From: Candidatus Saccharimonadales bacterium
Lineage (GTDB): Bacteria > Patescibacteriota > WWE3 > UBA101185 > UBA10185
Length of the DNA: 37,495 nucleotides
NCBI GenBank assembly: GCA_035480775.1
Contig: DATIHK010000028.1
Span: 1 to 37,495 of the forward strand
Reading direction: 5' to 3'
Of this stretch, positions 16,825-25,643 are shown one piece after another (positions within the stretch are counted from its first letter, which is position 1; every line of letters starts with the position of its first letter). Below the pieces are notes generated by a model that saw only the letters and a list, made by a program, of their open reading frames with translations, ran no database searches and was not told where the DNA came from. The position numbers were made by a program, and so were the translations under genes.

Positions 16825-17546
16825 TATCCGCTATTTGATGAAGGAGTAGGAGCTGTTGTAGGAACGGTCGTTGTTGGTGTGGATTGCTGGTCACCTGGTT
16901 TTCTGGCTGCATTAATTGCTTGATCAATTTGTTTGGTTAAATCATCAAAAGTCGTAAAGAATAATTTTTCTCCGTTTACATAAATTGTAGGCGTCGAGTT
17001 TATTCCTAAATCATTTCCAGCTTTTACGTCTTCTTCTACTGTGGCTACAGAAGCCCCACTATCTAAATCTTTTGTAAAAGCTGCTGCGTCCATGCCAACT
17101 TGAGAAGCGTATTTTATTAAATCCGATCGTTCTAAATTTTCTTGGTTAGAAAATAAAGTTCCTGCATATTCCCAAAACTTACCGTATTTAGCTGCAACTA
17201 CAGCAGCTTCAGCGGCTCGATGCGCATTAGTGTGCATAGGAAGCGGAAAGTTTCTGAAAGCAATTCTTACTGTGTCTTTGTTATCTTTGTAATAATTTTC
17301 TAAATATGGAAAAAAGAAAGCACACCCGGGACACTGAAAATCTCCGAATTCTACAATGGTAACTGGTGCATTAGCGTTTCCTTGAGTTTGGGTTGTGCTA
17401 GTAATAAGTGATTTTTGATCGACTTTTTCTAGTGCAGGTCGTGGGCCAACTCTTCCTTGGCTCAACGCAATTATTGCTACAAAGATTAAGAGCGTGACTA
17501 TACCTATTATTAATACTGGGGCATTGCGTTTAAAAAAGTCTACCAT
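16821..17546 (-). CDS. Membrane-anchored DsbA-family thiol:disulfide oxidoreductase
   Basis: N-terminal TM helix, thioredoxin-fold active site FQCPGCAFF, and a Pro/Thr-rich C-terminal tail. Confidence 0.8.
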   Translation of the reverse strand: MVDFFKRNAPVLIIGIVTLLIFVAIIALSQGRVGPRPALEKVDQKSLITSTTQTQGNANAPVTIVEFGDFQCPGCAFFFPYLENYYKDNKDTVRIAFRNFPLPMHTNAHRAAEAAVVAAKYGKFWEYAGTLFSNQENLERSDLIKYASQVGMDAAAFTKDLDSGASVATVEEDVKAGNDLGINSTPTIYVNGEKLFFTTFDDLTKQIDQAINAARKPGDQQSTPTTTVPTTAPTPSSNSGY

Positions 17547-17551
17547 CGTTG

Positions 17552-18550
17552 CTATATTAAACTAGAAATTGTCTGTTTTGACAACTCTGTGTTCACTAAA
17601 TTCTTTGGAGGTTGATTTTTTATTAGCACATCCACAACATTTTCTGCTGCCATGCGTGCCATCTGTATACGCGCTTCTCGTGTCGCGCTAGCAATATGTG
17701 GAGTAAGAATCACATTTCTCATCTTAATTAAATCTGGATGAATTTTAGGTTCGTTTTCGAAAACATCTAATGCTGCTCCTTCGATAATATTTTCTTTAAG
17801 CGCTGTTACCAGAGCTTCTTCGTCAATAACTGGTCCGCGAGCAGTATTAATTAGGTAGGCATTAGGTTTCATAAGTCTTAATCTCTTATCATTAATTAAA
17901 TGGTGAGTTTCAGGGCTTAAGACACAATTAAGAGAAACTACATCAGAGTTTTGTAAAAGTTCTTCGACCGAAACGCAATGTGCATTGTAGGCTTCTTCAA
18001 CTTCTGTAACGCAACGTTTCATGTCGTAATATAAAATTTTCATATTTAATCCACCGTGAGCAATTTTAGCTAGATGTTGACCAATACGACCAAACCCAAC
18101 AATTCCCAGTGTTTTGTTGCTAAATTGTGGTCCCAAAAATAACATTGGATCCCAATATTTATAATCACCTTCACGACAATATTTATCAGCTTCAACAATT
18201 TTTCTCCCTAGTGCAAGCATTAAGGCGAAAGCGTGCTCTGCAACCGATTCTGTTAAATCGCCAGGAGTATTTGCCACAAAAACTTTGTGCGCTGTTGCCG
18301 TTTTTAAATCTATATGGTCGTAGCCAACAGAATATGTAGCTATCAATTTTAAATTTGGAGCGGCTTTAATTATTTGTTCTGTAATTTGGTCTGGTATTAC
18401 CGGAATAATCGCTTCCACATCTTTGATAGCTTTTTTTAATTCTTCTGCTGAAAGAGGAGCGCCTTGGCGATAGTCGATTTCTATTTGTGGAAATTGTTGA
18501 AGAATTTCAATTCCTGCCAATGGAATTTTACGAGTAATGAGCAGTTTCAC
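17552..18550 (-). CDS. D-isomer-specific 2-hydroxyacid dehydrogenase (glyoxylate/hydroxypyruvate/glycerate reductase-like)
   Basis: NAD site GIVGFGRIGQHLA, and catalytic-region motifs NTARGPVIDEEAL, DVFENEP and TPHIASAT. GTG start. Confidence 0.88.
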   Translation of the reverse strand: MKLLITRKIPLAGIEILQQFPQIEIDYRQGAPLSAEELKKAIKDVEAIIPVIPDQITEQIIKAAPNLKLIATYSVGYDHIDLKTATAHKVFVANTPGDLTESVAEHAFALMLALGRKIVEADKYCREGDYKYWDPMLFLGPQFSNKTLGIVGFGRIGQHLAKIAHGGLNMKILYYDMKRCVTEVEEAYNAHCVSVEELLQNSDVVSLNCVLSPETHHLINDKRLRLMKPNAYLINTARGPVIDEEALVTALKENIIEGAALDVFENEPKIHPDLIKMRNVILTPHIASATREARIQMARMAAENVVDVLIKNQPPKNLVNTELSKQTISSLI

Positions 18551-18571
18551 GCATTCAGTGTATCAAGAATC

Positions 18572-19504
18572 TTAAGTACAAGGAATGATTTGAAATTCTG
18601 TTGGTACTTGATAGGTTTTGTAAATATCTAGGCATTGTGTTGTTCTATCGCCTGTAAATTTATCGTCGCTATTTAGCGTCAATATAATTTTCCATCCCTG
18701 ATTAGTATTCTTTGCTAGCCATTGTTCTCCTGTATAAGAGCCAAGAATTCCAGCGGTTCCGGCAGCGAAAGTTGTAGTAATACTTTTTGCATAAACTAGC
18801 CAGAGTGGATTATTTTGTGTATTAAGTATCGTATAAAAAGCATTAAAAACTTCTTGAGTTTGTGGAGTTATTGCACCACAAGCTGTTTGCATTGCGTAAA
18901 ACACACTTTTTCCGTTAGTTACATTAAAGTCTGGAGTAGCCAATGTAGGATCTTGTGAAGAATATACTTCATCAGACCAAGAGATTTGGCACTTCAGATC
19001 GCCTTTTTCAAATCCACGATAATGCATCGGAATTGCAGTTGTAACATCAAAACTGTCATTTTGCTTTGAAACAAAATTTTGCGCTGTAAACACATCGCTT
19101 ATTTTTTTTAGATAATAGCTTTCGAGTTCTTTATCGTGGTAGCGGGTTAAAACTGTGTAAGCCGGAATTGCCATCAGTTTTCCATCTTCAAGTTTCCAAT
19201 TCATATATAAATGATTTCTAAGTAAAGATCCTGTCCACGTAAAATAAGATGTTTTGCCCATTGTCAAAAAAAGATTGTTAGTATCATCTTGCAAAACGGA
19301 AGCATCTATATCTTCATTTTTTCCGTTCTTTCCATCAGGAATTAATTTAGCAGGATCGGTAATTTCAATTGGAGTTGGAGATATTTGAGGAATTACAAAA
19401 TCGTTTTTTACTATGGATGTAGATGAATGACTAAAGTCTTTTGCAATAACTACCACCAAAGCTACTATACCCAAAAGAGCTAATATCAAAAACGCGTACT
19501 TCAT
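18572..19504 (-). CDS. Signal-anchored exported protein, unknown function
   Basis: N-terminal hydrophobic helix (FLILALLGIVALVVVIA), then a 280-aa soluble region. 4-nt overlap with the upstream fba. Confidence 0.6.
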   Translation of the reverse strand: MKYAFLILALLGIVALVVVIAKDFSHSSTSIVKNDFVIPQISPTPIEITDPAKLIPDGKNGKNEDIDASVLQDDTNNLFLTMGKTSYFTWTGSLLRNHLYMNWKLEDGKLMAIPAYTVLTRYHDKELESYYLKKISDVFTAQNFVSKQNDSFDVTTAIPMHYRGFEKGDLKCQISWSDEVYSSQDPTLATPDFNVTNGKSVFYAMQTACGAITPQTQEVFNAFYTILNTQNNPLWLVYAKSITTTFAAGTAGILGSYTGEQWLAKNTNQGWKIILTLNSDDKFTGDRTTQCLDIYKTYQVPTEFQIIPCT

Positions 19505-20370
19505 GCCTCGTTAGCGCTGCCAAACAATTTAATTTTTCGCTCAACTACATCTTGCACAGCTTTTATAGCATCTGGAGTTATTTTATAAATTGCGATTTCG
19601 TTGCTCGCATTGATGCTTTGTTGCAAGGTCATTTTAAAAGCAATTCTCATTTCTGAATTGATATTTACTTTAACGATGCCCATTTTAATCGCAGCTCGAA
19701 CGTCATCGTCGTGAATCCCCGAGCCCCCATGCAATGAAAAAAGCGTATTGGGTAGTGCTTCGGTTATTTTTTTAAACACATTTAAATCTAGTCGCTTTTC
19801 GGTAGCATAAATTCCGTGCGAATTGCCTATAAAACTGGCTAAAACGTCGACTCCGGTTTTGGCAACAAATTCTTTAGCTTGTTCTGGATTGGTATAGTAT
19901 TCGGCTTTATTAAATTGTGTAGCATCTTCTTTAGTATGATCAGCTGAACTTCCTGCAATATGAGTAAATTCTCCTTCGACTGGTAAGCCTTTTGCGTGAG
20001 CTAGTTTTACGACTTCAGTACAAATTTTTATATTTTCTTCAAAAGCGAATTTACTTCCATCAAAGTGAATATAGTCAAAGCCAGCTTCTATTGCAGATTT
20101 GCAGGCGTCAAAATCTTTTCCGTGATCTAAATTTAAAATTATCGGAATATTTAGTTCTTCTTGATAAATCTTTTTGATAGCAACTAACTGTGCCATTCCA
20201 ATATAATTTACTTCACCATCGGATGCTTCTAAAATCACAGGGGAATTGAGCTTTTTTGCGGCCTGAGTTATCGCTTTTATAGTTTCTGTGTTTGCAGCAT
20301 TAAAAGCTCCAATAGCATAACCATTTTTTCTGGCGTGCATTATTAGAGCTTTAGCATTTGTGTTCATCAT
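19501..20370 (-). CDS. fba: Class II fructose/tagatose-bisphosphate aldolase
   Basis: GYAIGAFN, LNLDHGKDF and SLHGGSGI motifs of class II ketose-bisphosphate aldolases. Confidence 0.9.
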   Translation of the reverse strand: MMNTNAKALIMHARKNGYAIGAFNAANTETIKAITQAAKKLNSPVILEASDGEVNYIGMAQLVAIKKIYQEELNIPIILNLDHGKDFDACKSAIEAGFDYIHFDGSKFAFEENIKICTEVVKLAHAKGLPVEGEFTHIAGSSADHTKEDATQFNKAEYYTNPEQAKEFVAKTGVDVLASFIGNSHGIYATEKRLDLNVFKKITEALPNTLFSLHGGSGIHDDDVRAAIKMGIVKVNINSEMRIAFKMTLQQSINASNEIAIYKITPDAIKAVQDVVERKIKLFGSANEA

Positions 20371-21341
20371 AAATTTGTACTTTCTAGTTTGACACTTTTT
20401 ACTAATTCTTCAATTTCAGGTCTGGATCGCAATCCATTAACGCCACCGATTTTTGTTGTTTTTCCTTGTGCGTTAAAATCTCCCCATTTCATAGCTTCTT
20501 CAAGAGATTTGCCGTAAATTATTGCCGATAAAAATCCTGAAGAATAAGCATCTCCAACCCCGGTTTTATCGACTACTTCGTCTTTGGTTTTATACGCGTC
20601 CATGTGTAAAAAAGTTTTGCCGTCGTATGTGGAAGCTCCATTTTCTCCATCAGTTATAACTGTAAGTTTGGCGCCGATTTTATGGAGTTCTGTATGCAAT
20701 TCTTTTGTGGAATGTTTTCCAACTATTCGAGTAGCCTCTTCGGTATTTACTAATAGAACATCCGTTATTTTCACAAATTGTTTTACTGCTTCGATATTTT
20801 TTAATTGTGATGAACCGGGATTAAATGCTACGCCGGTTTGTGGATTTGCTTTAAGGTAATCTATTAATTCGTTTTGAAATTTCTCAAATCCTGGTGCGAG
20901 TGTAGAGTAGTGAATCCAGCGTGGTACGGGCCAATCATATATTTTGTAATTTCGCTCTTTGTGATATGAAAATATTGTGCGATCACCTCCGGCTACAATA
21001 ACGGCGTGCACATTCGTAGCAGTTCCGGGATTTTTGATGCAAAACTTAGTATCAATGCCAAATTCTTTAAATTCATTTATAAATTTGTTGGCGTTATCGT
21101 CGTCACCAAGTTCGGTGTAAATAGAAGTATTTAACCCTAGCTTTTCGCAGCCAATTGCAAGATGACAAGAATTTCCAGCAGGCGATGAAAAAAAGCTTTC
21201 AACCGGAATTTTACTTCCATGCAAAAAACACATTTTAGGATGATCTGAATGAGTGAGCTCGACTGAACCTAAATCAACCTTCATATAAAGGTCAACTGAA
21301 CAATCGCCGATGCATAATAAATCGAGTGAAGAGTTGGGCAT
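20367..21341 (-). CDS. PfkB-family sugar(-phosphate) kinase
   Basis: Ribokinase-like fold with the C-terminal anion-hole motif DKTGVGDAYSSGF. ATGA overlap with fba suggests a phosphofructokinase-type role (inference). Confidence 0.85.
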   Translation of the reverse strand: MPNSSLDLLCIGDCSVDLYMKVDLGSVELTHSDHPKMCFLHGSKIPVESFFSSPAGNSCHLAIGCEKLGLNTSIYTELGDDDNANKFINEFKEFGIDTKFCIKNPGTATNVHAVIVAGGDRTIFSYHKERNYKIYDWPVPRWIHYSTLAPGFEKFQNELIDYLKANPQTGVAFNPGSSQLKNIEAVKQFVKITDVLLVNTEEATRIVGKHSTKELHTELHKIGAKLTVITDGENGASTYDGKTFLHMDAYKTKDEVVDKTGVGDAYSSGFLSAIIYGKSLEEAMKWGDFNAQGKTTKIGGVNGLRSRPEIEELVKSVKLESTNL

Positions 21342-21424
21342 TAGCTTTAGTTTAGTTTATCTGACTTTGGGATGCAATTGCTTGGGGGTATAATCGCTAT
21401 AACCGTGAACCAACAGAGGACACT

Positions 21425-21733
21425 ATGGATACTAATGCCAATAGTTTGGCAGTAGTGGTTCGCTATTATCAAATCTATCTTCAATGTGTCGAAGGATCAC
21501 ATAAAGGTAGTTATGCCTTGTTCGACCGCGCGGGTTCTGGCAGCACCCGATTTGTAAAAGATCGAAAAAAGGCATCAAGATTATCGTGGCGACACCACCC
21601 GAATGTGACAGATAAAAGAGTCGCTCGAAAAGCACTTAGAGCTTTGGCATTTGCTTTCAAAGCTGGTAATATCGTGCATTTTGGCGACCTAAACCGTTAC
21701 GATAAGCCTGGATTAAAGGCAAAAGGAGGCTGA
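21425..21733 (+). CDS. Hypothetical protein (cassette C, paralog 1)
   Basis: 102 aa. Shares IYLQCVEGSHKGSYALF ... HFGDLN with the next ORF (VFLQVMEGSLRGYFLTL ... NWGTLN). TTGGGA-16-TATAAT lies upstream at 21367-21394. Confidence 0.6.
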   Translation: MDTNANSLAVVVRYYQIYLQCVEGSHKGSYALFDRAGSGSTRFVKDRKKASRLSWRHHPNVTDKRVARKALRALAFAFKAGNIVHFGDLNRYDKPGLKAKGG

Positions 21734-21734
21734 C

Positions 21735-22040
21735 ATGTCCGGAGGAAGCAATGGTCTGCACGAACTCAAGTTGCAAGTAATGAATCGTGGGGTCACCGTG
21801 TTTTTGCAAGTAATGGAAGGAAGTCTTAGAGGTTATTTCTTAACATTGTACGGCGACCGTGGCAGCTTTATTTCATCGTTTGTTGGTGCCACCCAGTGGA
21901 CATTAACGAAAGACAATGCACAAGAGCTCGTGATCAAGATTTTGAAAGAAGTAGAAAGCAGTTTTCCTGGATCAGTAGTTTCAAATTGGGGCACTTTGAA
22001 TTCTGCACACACAGAGTTGGAAAAAGTCACTAAACAATGA
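21735..22040 (+). CDS. Hypothetical protein (cassette C, paralog 2)
   Basis: 101 aa, with AAGGAGG at 21723-21729. Paralogous to 21425..21733 by eye alignment. Confidence 0.6.
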   Translation: MSGGSNGLHELKLQVMNRGVTVFLQVMEGSLRGYFLTLYGDRGSFISSFVGATQWTLTKDNAQELVIKILKEVESSFPGSVVSNWGTLNSAHTELEKVTKQ

Positions 22041-22270
22041 CCAATCCAACACCACAGACAAGAATTTTGAAAAGTGAGGATGGTTGCTATAACATTGTTC
22101 AGGGTAATTTGCTTTTAATAAATGCCAGAAGTTCGCGTCCGATAGCTGTTCGCGATGGTCCGTATCTAATTGGGAATCTGATTCATGTCATTTCTGAGTT
22201 GGGAATCGATCCGGATTCTGTTGATTGGGGAGAACTCTCACAGTCATACTTCACTCACATGGAAGCTTAG
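22037..22270 (+). CDS. Hypothetical protein (cassette C, ORF 3, possible distant paralog)
   Basis: 77 aa. ATGA overlap with the previous ORF. The C-terminal DWGELS resembles FGDLN/WGTLN in the two upstream ORFs. Confidence 0.55.
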   Translation: MTNPTPQTRILKSEDGCYNIVQGNLLLINARSSRPIAVRDGPYLIGNLIHVISELGIDPDSVDWGELSQSYFTHMEA

Positions 22271-22286
22271 TATCTTTGATTGTCAC

Positions 22287-22334
22287 AGCGGTCGATTTGT
22301 TCTCATCTCTTGAGGCATTTCGGTCGCTTTTTTT
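22287..22334 (+). terminator. Intrinsic terminator ending cassette C
   Basis: Stem agcggtcg / cggtcgct (two G-U pairs) with an inner ctca/tgag hairpin, followed by TTTTTTT at 22328-22334. It abuts the convergent tkt C-subunit stop. Confidence 0.6.
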
Positions 22335-23373
22335 ATACTAACTTAAATTCACCAGGGACGTCGGTGCTTAAATCACCGGTTGCAAATCTTCCACCGATTT
22401 TATTCATTTCTAAAATGGCTAGTTCAATAGCTTTTTGACCTAGTCCATATTTTTCTAACAGCTCATCATAGCTACCAGATTCACCAAAAGTATCTTTTGC
22501 TCCCATTCTTCTAAGTGGAACAGGCATTTTTTCGGTCAGTAATTCGGCAACAGCTCCACCTAGTCCACCAGAAATTTGATGCTCTTCAATGGTAATAACT
22601 TTGCGGGTTTTGCTGACTGATTTCAAAATTGTTTCGCTGTCTAAAGGTTTTATAGTGGAGCAGTTTATAACGTCGCATCTAATTCCTCGGGCGTCTAGTC
22701 TATTAGCAACTTGCAGTGCACTTCTTAGTAACGGGCCGCAACAAATTACTGTAACGTGTTCGCCCTCCATCAAAACTTGTGCTTTACCAATTTCAAATGG
22801 AGTGTGAGAAGTTGTTATATGTGGAGTTGCTTCGCGCGTTAATCGTAAATAAACTGGTCCGACATGATTTGCAGCAGCCAGCGTAGCCTTTTTAGCTTCT
22901 TCATAATCACAAGGAACAATTACTGTCATATTTGGAAGTACCCGCATTAAAGCAATATCTTCTAAAGCTTGATGTGTCGCTCCATCGGGTCCATCTGAAA
23001 ATCCACTATGAGATCCTACAATTTTTACATTTGCGTTGGTATAACAGATTGAAGTTCTAACTTGTAGCCAATTAAGTCCTGCATCAAAAACGCTGTACGA
23101 TGCCATAAACGGAATTTTACCGCTCAGCGCAAGTCCTGCTGCTATTCCGGTCATGTTTTGTTCTGCTACTCCCAGTTCGGCAAATCTATCTGGAAAGCGT
23201 TTTTCAAATAGGTGACTATGGGTGGATTCTGCGAGGTCGGCAGTTAAAACTACGATCTCGCTATTTTTTTCTCCGGCTAAAACCACGCCATCACCATAAC
23301 CAAAGCGTGTGGGAACTTTTTCCACATCGGTATCAAAAATGTTTGGACTTAATTTTAAATCTTGATTCAACAT
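22333..23373 (-). CDS. tkt: Transketolase, C-terminal (pyrimidine-binding plus C-terminal domain) subunit
   Basis: GVAEQNMTGIAAGLALSGKIPFMASYSVF, and a 346-aa length typical of split transketolase subunit B. Confidence 0.92.
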   Translation of the reverse strand: MLNQDLKLSPNIFDTDVEKVPTRFGYGDGVVLAGEKNSEIVVLTADLAESTHSHLFEKRFPDRFAELGVAEQNMTGIAAGLALSGKIPFMASYSVFDAGLNWLQVRTSICYTNANVKIVGSHSGFSDGPDGATHQALEDIALMRVLPNMTVIVPCDYEEAKKATLAAANHVGPVYLRLTREATPHITTSHTPFEIGKAQVLMEGEHVTVICCGPLLRSALQVANRLDARGIRCDVINCSTIKPLDSETILKSVSKTRKVITIEEHQISGGLGGAVAELLTEKMPVPLRRMGAKDTFGESGSYDELLEKYGLGQKAIELAILEMNKIGGRFATGDLSTDVPGEFKLV

Positions 23374-23918
23374 TATTGAGGCTTACACGGTTGCGCTTTT
23401 CTAATAACATCAAACGCAATTTTCCAGTCCGTTTTACTTATCGCTACCAAATCTACTGCAACATTTGGACCGGTTTCTAGTACACAATTTTCTCCCAAAT
23501 CAATTTGCTCAATTGAGACAATAAGACTCTTGTCTGTTTTATCCGAGTAAACTTTTCTAACTTTAACTGTAGATTTTTTTACAGTTTGAGATTGAGTCGC
23601 GACCCCTAAAATATATTCTTTATTAAAGTCCACTTTATCATTTAGAGTGAGCTTACCAGTGCTGTCGACTGTGTTTAAGAAAGCAGCCAACTCTTGATCA
23701 TTATGAATTACTACTCTTTGTTTACTAATGCTAACAGTTGAATCAATATCAACTGGAAAGCCATTTAGTCTTCTCACTTCAGGTTCTTTGTTAAGGAGTT
23801 TAGAAATATTTATATCTCCTGACATTAATAAATATCCGGCACCGAGAATAAGCAAAACCAAAAGCACTACAGGCAATAGACTTATGTTAAAAAGATTAGT
23901 TGGCTTAGTCATATTCAC
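23373..23918 (-). CDS. Signal-anchored hypothetical protein interposed between the transketolase subunit genes
   Basis: N-terminal TM helix (ISLLPVVLLVLLILGAGYLL) plus a 140-aa soluble domain. It overlaps both tkt subunit genes (14 nt and 1 nt). Confidence 0.6.
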   Translation of the reverse strand: MNMTKPTNLFNISLLPVVLLVLLILGAGYLLMSGDINISKLLNKEPEVRRLNGFPVDIDSTVSISKQRVVIHNDQELAAFLNTVDSTGKLTLNDKVDFNKEYILGVATQSQTVKKSTVKVRKVYSDKTDKSLIVSIEQIDLGENCVLETGPNVAVDLVAISKTDWKIAFDVIRKAQPCKPQ

Positions 23919-24777
23919 TCCTTATTTGGCCTTCGAGCGTTCTGAGTTCTTTTAAGGCTTCTCTAGCCTGTTCTTTATCAGGAGGCTTTCCGTGCCATTC
24001 AAATTTATACTCCATAAATTTTACACTTTTTCCAGGGATCGTGTGAGCAATTATAACACTTGGTCGTTGTGACACTGCTTTGGACATATTACACGCGTTA
24101 ATTATCTCTTCGATATTGTGTCCGTCGATTTCGGTTACATACCAGTTAAATGCTTCTAGTTTTTCTCGTAATGGTTCTAAAGGCATTACGTCTTCTGTGT
24201 GTCCATCGATTTGAATATTATTTCTATCCATTATCCAAGTCAAATTGTTTAACTTGCGATTTCCGGCATACATTGCTGCTTCCCATGTTTGGCCTTCATC
24301 AAGCTCGCCGTCGCTCGTCATACAGTAAATTCTGTATGTGGAATTGTTCATTTGCGCGGCTAAAGCCATTCCAATTGCTTGTGAAAGACCTTGTCCTAGA
24401 GGTCCAGAAGTATTTTCGATTCCTGGAAGAGATCCATAATGAGGATGTCCTTGTAAACGACTATCTATTTTGCGCAAAGTCTTTAACTCGGATTTTTCAA
24501 AAAATCCAGCTTCAGCCAATGTCGCATACCAAATGGGGCAGATATGTCCGTTTGATAAAACAAATCGGTCTCGATCTGGATCGTTAGGATTTTTAGGATC
24601 GACGTGTAAAACGTTAAAATAAAGTGCTGCAAAAATATCTGCAGTTCCTAATGACCCAGCGCTATGACCAGATTTTGCTTGTAAAAGCATTTCTATTACG
24701 CTTTCTCTTAGCTTAACTGCTATTTCTTCAAGTTGCGGAATATTTGCATTGTGATGCTGCATTAAAGTTGTGGGCAT
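23905..24777 (-). CDS. tkt: Transketolase, N-terminal (TPP-binding) subunit
   Basis: SGHSAGSLGTADIFAALYF, SNGH, GPLGQGLSQAIGMA and DGELDEGQTWEA motifs. TATACT (RC of 24785-24790) lies 7 nt upstream of the ATG. Confidence 0.92.
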   Translation of the reverse strand: MPTTLMQHHNANIPQLEEIAVKLRESVIEMLLQAKSGHSAGSLGTADIFAALYFNVLHVDPKNPNDPDRDRFVLSNGHICPIWYATLAEAGFFEKSELKTLRKIDSRLQGHPHYGSLPGIENTSGPLGQGLSQAIGMALAAQMNNSTYRIYCMTSDGELDEGQTWEAAMYAGNRKLNNLTWIMDRNNIQIDGHTEDVMPLEPLREKLEAFNWYVTEIDGHNIEEIINACNMSKAVSQRPSVIIAHTIPGKSVKFMEYKFEWHGKPPDKEQAREALKELRTLEGQIRSEYD

Positions 24778-24806
24778 TGGTGAAAGTATAGATTTTACAC
24801 TTCAAA

Positions 24807-24835
24807 TTGACAAGCGGTTGTAGAAACCGTAAAAT
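24807..24835 (+). promoter_or_regulatory. Near-consensus sigma70 promoter TTGACA-17-TAAAAT driving the GC-rich unit
   Basis: TTGACA at 24807-24812, a 17-nt spacer, and TAAAT-type hexamer TAAAAT at 24830-24835. It is divergent from the tkt promoter. Confidence 0.5.
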
Positions 24836-25037
24836 TCCGGTATCAAATAACGAAAGGAGAGGCTATGCATAATGGTTAGTCGGATCACGGAGGCAATTGG
24901 TTAGAATAGGCGCTGCCGCGATTTCCAGCCGCTAGCCGCAACTATGCCAAGCACTGGTTACCGCGCCATCCCGACATAGTGATGCAGCCGGCATCACTGC
25001 CTTATTGGACGTGACCATGTTTTCCTGAGGAGGCCCG

Positions 25038-25184
25038 ATGCTCGAAATGCTCGTCGCAATGGCGCAAGCACTCGAAAGCACCGTGGTGCTGCAGCAAGAA
25101 ACCCAGAAGGCTATCCAGCCGTCTGAATCCGTTCGCGGATGGATGGTTTCATCGCTCAGCAACATGGATCGCCAGATACCCTGA
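25038..25184 (+). CDS. SD-led 48-aa micro-ORF in the GC-rich unit (coding status unproven)
   Basis: GAGGAGG at 25027-25033 lies 4 nt before the ATG. Translation: MLEMLVAMAQALESTVVLQQETQKAIQPSESVRGWMVSSLSNMDRQIP. It is below the ORF-track size cutoff. Confidence 0.35.
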   Translation: MLEMLVAMAQALESTVVLQQETQKAIQPSESVRGWMVSSLSNMDRQIP

Positions 25185-25298
25185 AGGGTTCCACCGCCTT
25201 TCAGTCCAAAACCGCTATGCATGTGTAGTGGATCTCACCTGAGCTTAGTTGAGATAGCGTAGCTAGGGAAGCAAAGCGAACATCTACAAGGAGGCACC

Positions 25299-25406
25299 AT
25301 GAAGACCGTCCAGACCCATGGAAAGTGGAATAACATCAATATCACCGCCAACACCTCCACCGGCGCCGGCCAGAGCCTGCGCACCGCGAACGTCAACATC
25401 GACTAG
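25299..25406 (+). CDS. SD-led 35-aa micro-ORF in the GC-rich unit (coding status unproven)
   Basis: AAGGAGG at 25288-25294 lies 4 nt before the ATG. Translation: MKTVQTHGKWNNINITANTSTGAGQSLRTANVNID. It is Asn/Thr-rich, with no Cys and no hydrophobic segment. Confidence 0.4.
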   Translation: MKTVQTHGKWNNINITANTSTGAGQSLRTANVNID

Positions 25407-25556
25407 ATCCGCGGCGCGGCCTGAGCAACACGTGTAATACCCGGCGGCAGTCTCGGCCATCTTCGGCCCCTGTTTTATGGATCTTGGCCATCGGCCTAGA
25501 TGCCGCCGGCTTTGTACTTTGGTTTGATTGCCTTTGATGAAGTAGAATCTGATTTT

Positions 25557-25643
25557 GGCGCCGCAAGTTCCGACGAGACCACTCATCTCGCACGAGCTTC
25601 CGGCGCCCTTTTTTTACCACCTAAAGGTGGCAAGTTTTTTTTT
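25557..25643 (+). terminator. Tandem intrinsic terminators ending the GC-rich unit
   Basis: A long imperfect hairpin ggcgccg...cggcgcc (25557-25607) followed by TTTTTTT (25609-25615). Then ccacc-taaa-ggtgg (25617-25630), followed after 4 nt by T9 (25635-25643). Confidence 0.6.

Noticed and set aside
24842-25610. The GC-rich unit as a known housekeeping RNA (RNase P RNA, tmRNA, SRP/4.5S RNA, or 6S).
   Set aside because: By eye, neither strand shows the conserved GAGGAAAGUCC-type RNase P core, a tRNA-like GGUUCGAnUCC...CCA tmRNA end, or an SRP domain IV consensus. This is only a visual check; a covariance-model scan is still needed.
24932-25620. Three minus-strand ORFs (96, 100 and 75 aa) inside the GC-rich unit.
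   Set aside because: Their translations are low-complexity and Gly/Ala/Arg-rich, with no SD and no leaderless-type promoter geometry. They overlap each other and lie antisense to SD-led plus-strand ORFs. Long spurious ORFs are expected in GC-rich DNA.
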